Source of the DNA: a virus
Lineage: Duplodnaviria > Caudoviricetes
IMG/VR virus record: IMGVR_UViG_3300023184_002488
Location: 1-56,981 of that record
Strand: one strand, 5' to 3'
DNA length: 56,981 nt
Position numbers and translations under genes: made by a program. Shown one piece after another: positions 53,936 to 56,981 of the stretch. Position 1 is the stretch's first letter, and each line of letters opens with the position of its first letter. Under the pieces are notes generated by a model that was not told the DNA's origin, did not search any database, and saw nothing but the letters and a program-made list of their open reading frames with translations.

Positions 53936-54345
53936 AAGGTGTCGGCACCTTTATCTACGCAACGTCAACTGGACGCTATCTATTCTTATTACGTGATACC
54001 AGCAAATACAGTGGAACTTGGGGCTTAGCTGGTGGTAAGATCGACACTGGTGAACACCTCCTAACATCACTGCATAGAGAACTCAATGAAGAACTTGGCT
54101 ACAATTTCATTGACGTCAAAGTTATCCCCATAGAAAAATTTACCAGTGACAACGGGCACTTTAGTTATAACACTTTCCTAATACCCATTGAAGAAGAATT
54201 TACCCCGGTATTAAACTATGAACATCGTGGATATTCGTGGGTGCGTTTAGAAGATCATCCTAAACCCCTACACCCAGGTGTATGGCGGACTATTAATTTT
54301 TCAGCTGTGGTAGATAAGATTCGAACTTTAGAAACGGTGTTATAG
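53917..54345 (+). CDS. Nudix hydrolase
   Basis: WGLAGGKIDTGE-x6-RELNEELG Nudix box; probable TTG start at 53917 after AAGGAAGG. Confidence 0.88.
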   Translation: MDTGHIEGVGTFIYATSTGRYLFLLRDTSKYSGTWGLAGGKIDTGEHLLTSLHRELNEELGYNFIDVKVIPIEKFTSDNGHFSYNTFLIPIEEEFTPVLNYEHRGYSWVRLEDHPKPLHPGVWRTINFSAVVDKIRTLETVL

Positions 54346-55074
54346 ATCAGTTTCTAAAACAAAGTCTCTATGACTGATCTGGCGGAAGTTTAGGCAATAT
54401 TTGTGACTTTCTGGAACTGTGCTACGTCCACACGGTGTAACCCAAATGAAGTCAACATCATCATATAGATTAAATAACTCAATCCTATTTGTCACCCATT
54501 TATCACTTAATATGTCAACATCAAGAGCATCATAGCCATTGGTGCCAGCATAGACGTTGAAGTTATAGCTTTCACTATCTTGCTCATCAAATCCCAATAG
54601 ATAGATACGTTTATGTCCATCAAATGCCGCGATATAAGCTGCGGTGGTGCCTGCATCAGCATAGGGATTGTAAGGGATTAGATAAAATTTTCCTGGATAT
54701 TCTAATAGATGCATAGCATTAGTATAGACTATATTGTTTTTAACGTATTCACTACCAGCTAGTTCTTCAACTATACCATCGCCACCGGCTACTAAAAAGT
54801 CTGGAGTAAAGTCTCTGTATAAGGCATTACATCCATAAGTCTGTAGAGTATCTGCACCAAGTAGTCCGCTAAACTTTTTAAGATTTTGTAGATCAAACTC
54901 TAATCTTGTAGGACTGTTGCCAACGACTACAGCACGGTTACTGATTTGATTATTGGTAACGGCATTAGGAACAGTTTCTACAGTTTCGTACCAACGTGTC
55001 CCTTCCTTCTTGCGTTCAACAATAATGTCTTCGCCGGTGTAGTCCTTGCGATAATTTTTAGCTACTTTTAACAT
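54340..55074 (-). CDS. Maf/MptE/CstII-like (sialyltransferase-fold) protein
   Basis: AVVVGNSPT, YGCNALY, PDFLV, AGTTAAYIA...G.KRIYLLGFD. Confidence 0.65.
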   Translation of the reverse strand: MLKVAKNYRKDYTGEDIIVERKKEGTRWYETVETVPNAVTNNQISNRAVVVGNSPTRLEFDLQNLKKFSGLLGADTLQTYGCNALYRDFTPDFLVAGGDGIVEELAGSEYVKNNIVYTNAMHLLEYPGKFYLIPYNPYADAGTTAAYIAAFDGHKRIYLLGFDEQDSESYNFNVYAGTNGYDALDVDILSDKWVTNRIELFNLYDDVDFIWVTPCGRSTVPESHKYCLNFRQISHRDFVLETDL

Positions 55075-55084
55075 TGATCACCTA

Positions 55085-56981
55085 TTATACTATGAATGTA
55101 CCAAATACTTTAACATTGGCTTGTACCACTGATGCAGCTATTGTACCTGTGTAGTAAACTTGGACGTTGCCTGCCAGCACGTTTGCACTTAAAACGCCCA
55201 TAGCATAACCGTTATTTATTACACCGTAGGTGTTGATCCAAGCATTACCTGCACCATCAGTAACTACTTGAGCAGTGTATGATTCTACATTACCTGTAGC
55301 ACCCGTGCCTCTCTTAGATGAAATTTGGAAAGTAGCACTGGTAAATGTTGTTTGGCTACGAGTAGCGATCACATATGGTGTATTATTAGCGGCAATATTA
55401 ACTGCTGTCTGTGTATAGACGATGTCTGTACCATTGAGCAAGTTAAAGTCGCCAGCTGTGTCAACACGTGTGCGGATAACCGTACCGCCATCACTAGTGC
55501 CTGACCATTGTTCTACACCAGTGTCACTGGTAATAAGTTGATTAAGACCATTACCGTTGGTGAGTGAGCTAACTGTTGCTGTTGTTGCTAATACGCGAAC
55601 GTCGATCACATCATCTGGTGCTGGTGGTTCTGTAAATGTCATCGTTGTACCGCTTACACTGTAGGCCAGTGTTGGGAACTGCATGACACCGTTAATGCTT
55701 ACGATCGTAGATGCAGTAGTAGCATTAGCTTGTAAGGTAAATGTTGTATTAGTTCCGTCAACATTACCATATCCACCTGCTGTGTTACCTGAATATTGGC
55801 GATCACTGATGACTGTGAACACTGAACCCGCAATATTCCAAGCAGTACCATCATAGAATTCAAGTGAGTTAGTTGTGCTGTTGAAACGTACCATACCTGC
55901 TACGTCATTGCCGCCTTGGCTACTTGGTCGTGCAGCAGTTGGACCAACTGGAACCATCATTGACGTCGCACCGCCGACTTTAAATATCGCACCTGGCTGG
56001 ACTGTTAGATTGCCACCACCAACTATCACTGTTTCTGTTATTCCTGCTACAGTATTACCTGTGGCTCCATATAATACAACATTGCCATTGAAGCTGTTAA
56101 CTCTGATTGCAGTGCCTTGACCATTTGTAAGATTAATATTTGCGCCATATCCAACAGTTAACGTCTTATTAATTGCAGCACCACCAGCAACAATTACTGC
56201 TCCAGTGGTTAATGAGGATGAATCTGTTGTTGAGTTAGCCCAAATAATGCCTGTAGCTTTTACTGTATCTGCGATCACGCCCGATGCGCTTACGTTACCA
56301 GTTGTATTAATAAGTCCGCTTGAGTTAACTGCCGCTACTGTTGAAGTTCCGGTTACATTTAATGCTCCAGCGTTGACTGTAGAGGCACTTACGTTTGCTG
56401 TGGTATTAATAAATCCACTTGAGTTGATCGCTGCCGCAGTAGTAGTGCTGTTAATTGTTAGGGTATTAAGTATGCCATTTACAGCTAATATGTTACCTGA
56501 TAAGTTAACACTCGCGCCAGTGAACGCAGTAGCTGCATTACCAATGAACCCAGCCGCCACATTACCAAATGTAGCATCATCTGATGTTACTAGTTGGGCT
56601 AATACCGTGGCTGCAACAACATTACCTGTTAGATTGATACTTGCACCAGTAAATGTTGTGCCAGTGTTACCAATAAAGCCTGAAGCAATATTGCCAACAG
56701 TAAGATCATCTGCTGTTACAAGCTGAGCCAACACCGTGGCTGCAACAACATTACCTGAAACGTTTAATGAACTACCAGTTATTGATGTAAATGCACCAGT
56801 GCTGGCTGTGGCGTTACCAATTGGAGTATTTTGTATACCTGAGCCTACATATAGTGCTCCAGTTATACCGGCACCACCTAGTACCTGTAGCGCACCTGAT
56901 GTAGCGTTGGTTGCTGGGTTACCATTGACTAGAGATAAGTTACCAGCTTTGATCGGATCCCACACAGTTCCTGCAGAAAAT
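55085..56981 (-). CDS. Tail fibre/long virion structural protein (5' truncated by the window edge)
   Basis: Frame is open to the window end; G/N/T/S/A-rich; SGALQVLGGAGI repeats, PVGPTAARP...GMVRFNSTTNSLEFYDG, VSINGVMQ.P...Y motifs. Confidence 0.8.
   Translation of the reverse strand, partial: FSAGTVWDPIKAGNLSLVNGNPATNATSGALQVLGGAGITGALYVGSGIQNTPIGNATASTGAFTSITGSSLNVSGNVVAATVLAQLVTADDLTVGNIASGFIGNTGTTFTGASINLTGNVVAATVLAQLVTSDDATFGNVAAGFIGNAATAFTGASVNLSGNILAVNGILNTLTINSTTTAAAINSSGFINTTANVSASTVNAGALNVTGTSTVAAVNSSGLINTTGNVSASGVIADTVKATGIIWANSTTDSSSLTTGAVIVAGGAAINKTLTVGYGANINLTNGQGTAIRVNSFNGNVVLYGATGNTVAGITETVIVGGGNLTVQPGAIFKVGGATSMMVPVGPTAARPSSQGGNDVAGMVRFNSTTNSLEFYDGTAWNIAGSVFTVISDRQYSGNTAGGYGNVDGTNTTFTLQANATTASTIVSINGVMQFPTLAYSVSGTTMTFTEPPAPDDVIDVRVLATTATVSSLTNGNGLNQLITSDTGVEQWSGTSDGGTVIRTRVDTAGDFNLLNGTDIVYTQTAVNIAANNTPYVIATRSQTTFTSATFQISSKRGTGATGNVESYTAQVVTDGAGNAWINTYGVINNGYAMGVLSANVLAGNVQVYYTGTIAASVVQANVKVFGTFIV
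56280..56765 (-). repeat. Internal protein repeats in the fibre gene (about 43 aa x2 and about 33 aa x2)
   Basis: GNVVAATVLAQLVT-DD-T-GN-A-GFIGN..T-FTGAS-NL twice; AA-NSSG-INTT-NVSAS twice. Confidence 0.75.

Noticed and set aside
503-56726. Many antisense ORFs in the track (e.g. 36720-37478, 44115-44597, 56205-56726, 23326-23703)
   Set aside because: They lie entirely opposite well-supported genes, lack RBS or motifs, and reflect codon bias of the real strand.
1-56981. Alternative genetic code (stop-codon reassignment, as in some jumbo phages)
   Set aside because: Core genes are full length in code 11, and TAG, TGA and TAA all end genes at sensible positions (for example TAG at 21551 and 32551).
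1-56981. tRNA, tmRNA, rRNA or CRISPR array
   Set aside because: No cloverleaf/T-loop signature or regularly spaced repeats seen in the short intergenic regions. Checked by eye only; tRNAscan/ARAGORN not run.
55085-56981. Diversity-generating retroelement target
   Set aside because: Repeats are in-frame protein repeats without adenine-specific variation, and no reverse transcriptase is present in the window.

Overview
This is a 57-kb segment of a large T4-related (Rak2/GAP32-type gene order, inferred) jumbo myovirus of a Gram-negative host. It uses the standard genetic code and is mostly encoded on the minus strand. The left part (2.3-24.6 kb) is a large cluster of sugar-nucleotide, glycosyltransferase, methyltransferase and oxygenase genes. 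It includes an outer-membrane beta-barrel gene and a plus-strand operon of non-canonical 2OG-Fe(II) oxygenases behind a structured leader. The middle holds the uvsY-uvsX(recA)-gp32 recombination module, interrupted by two radical SAM genes. The right part is morphogenesis: terminase, putative head internal proteins, gp4, tail tube, sheath, neck gp13/gp14/gp15, and a truncated fibre-like gene. Two promoter classes are visible: sigma70-type TTGAC-N17-TATAAT and a T4-late-like (A)TAAATA motif. The strongest novel candidates are (1) modular head 'polyproteins' punctuated by prohead-protease-type [ILVMF]-x-E sites, plus proteins with capsid-targeting-like N-termini; (2) a probable late-expressed virion-glycosylation pathway; and (3) the H-x-N oxygenase operon with its RNA leader. 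All functional calls come from motif recognition by eye; no database search was run. No tRNA, rRNA, CRISPR array, intron or intein was seen.
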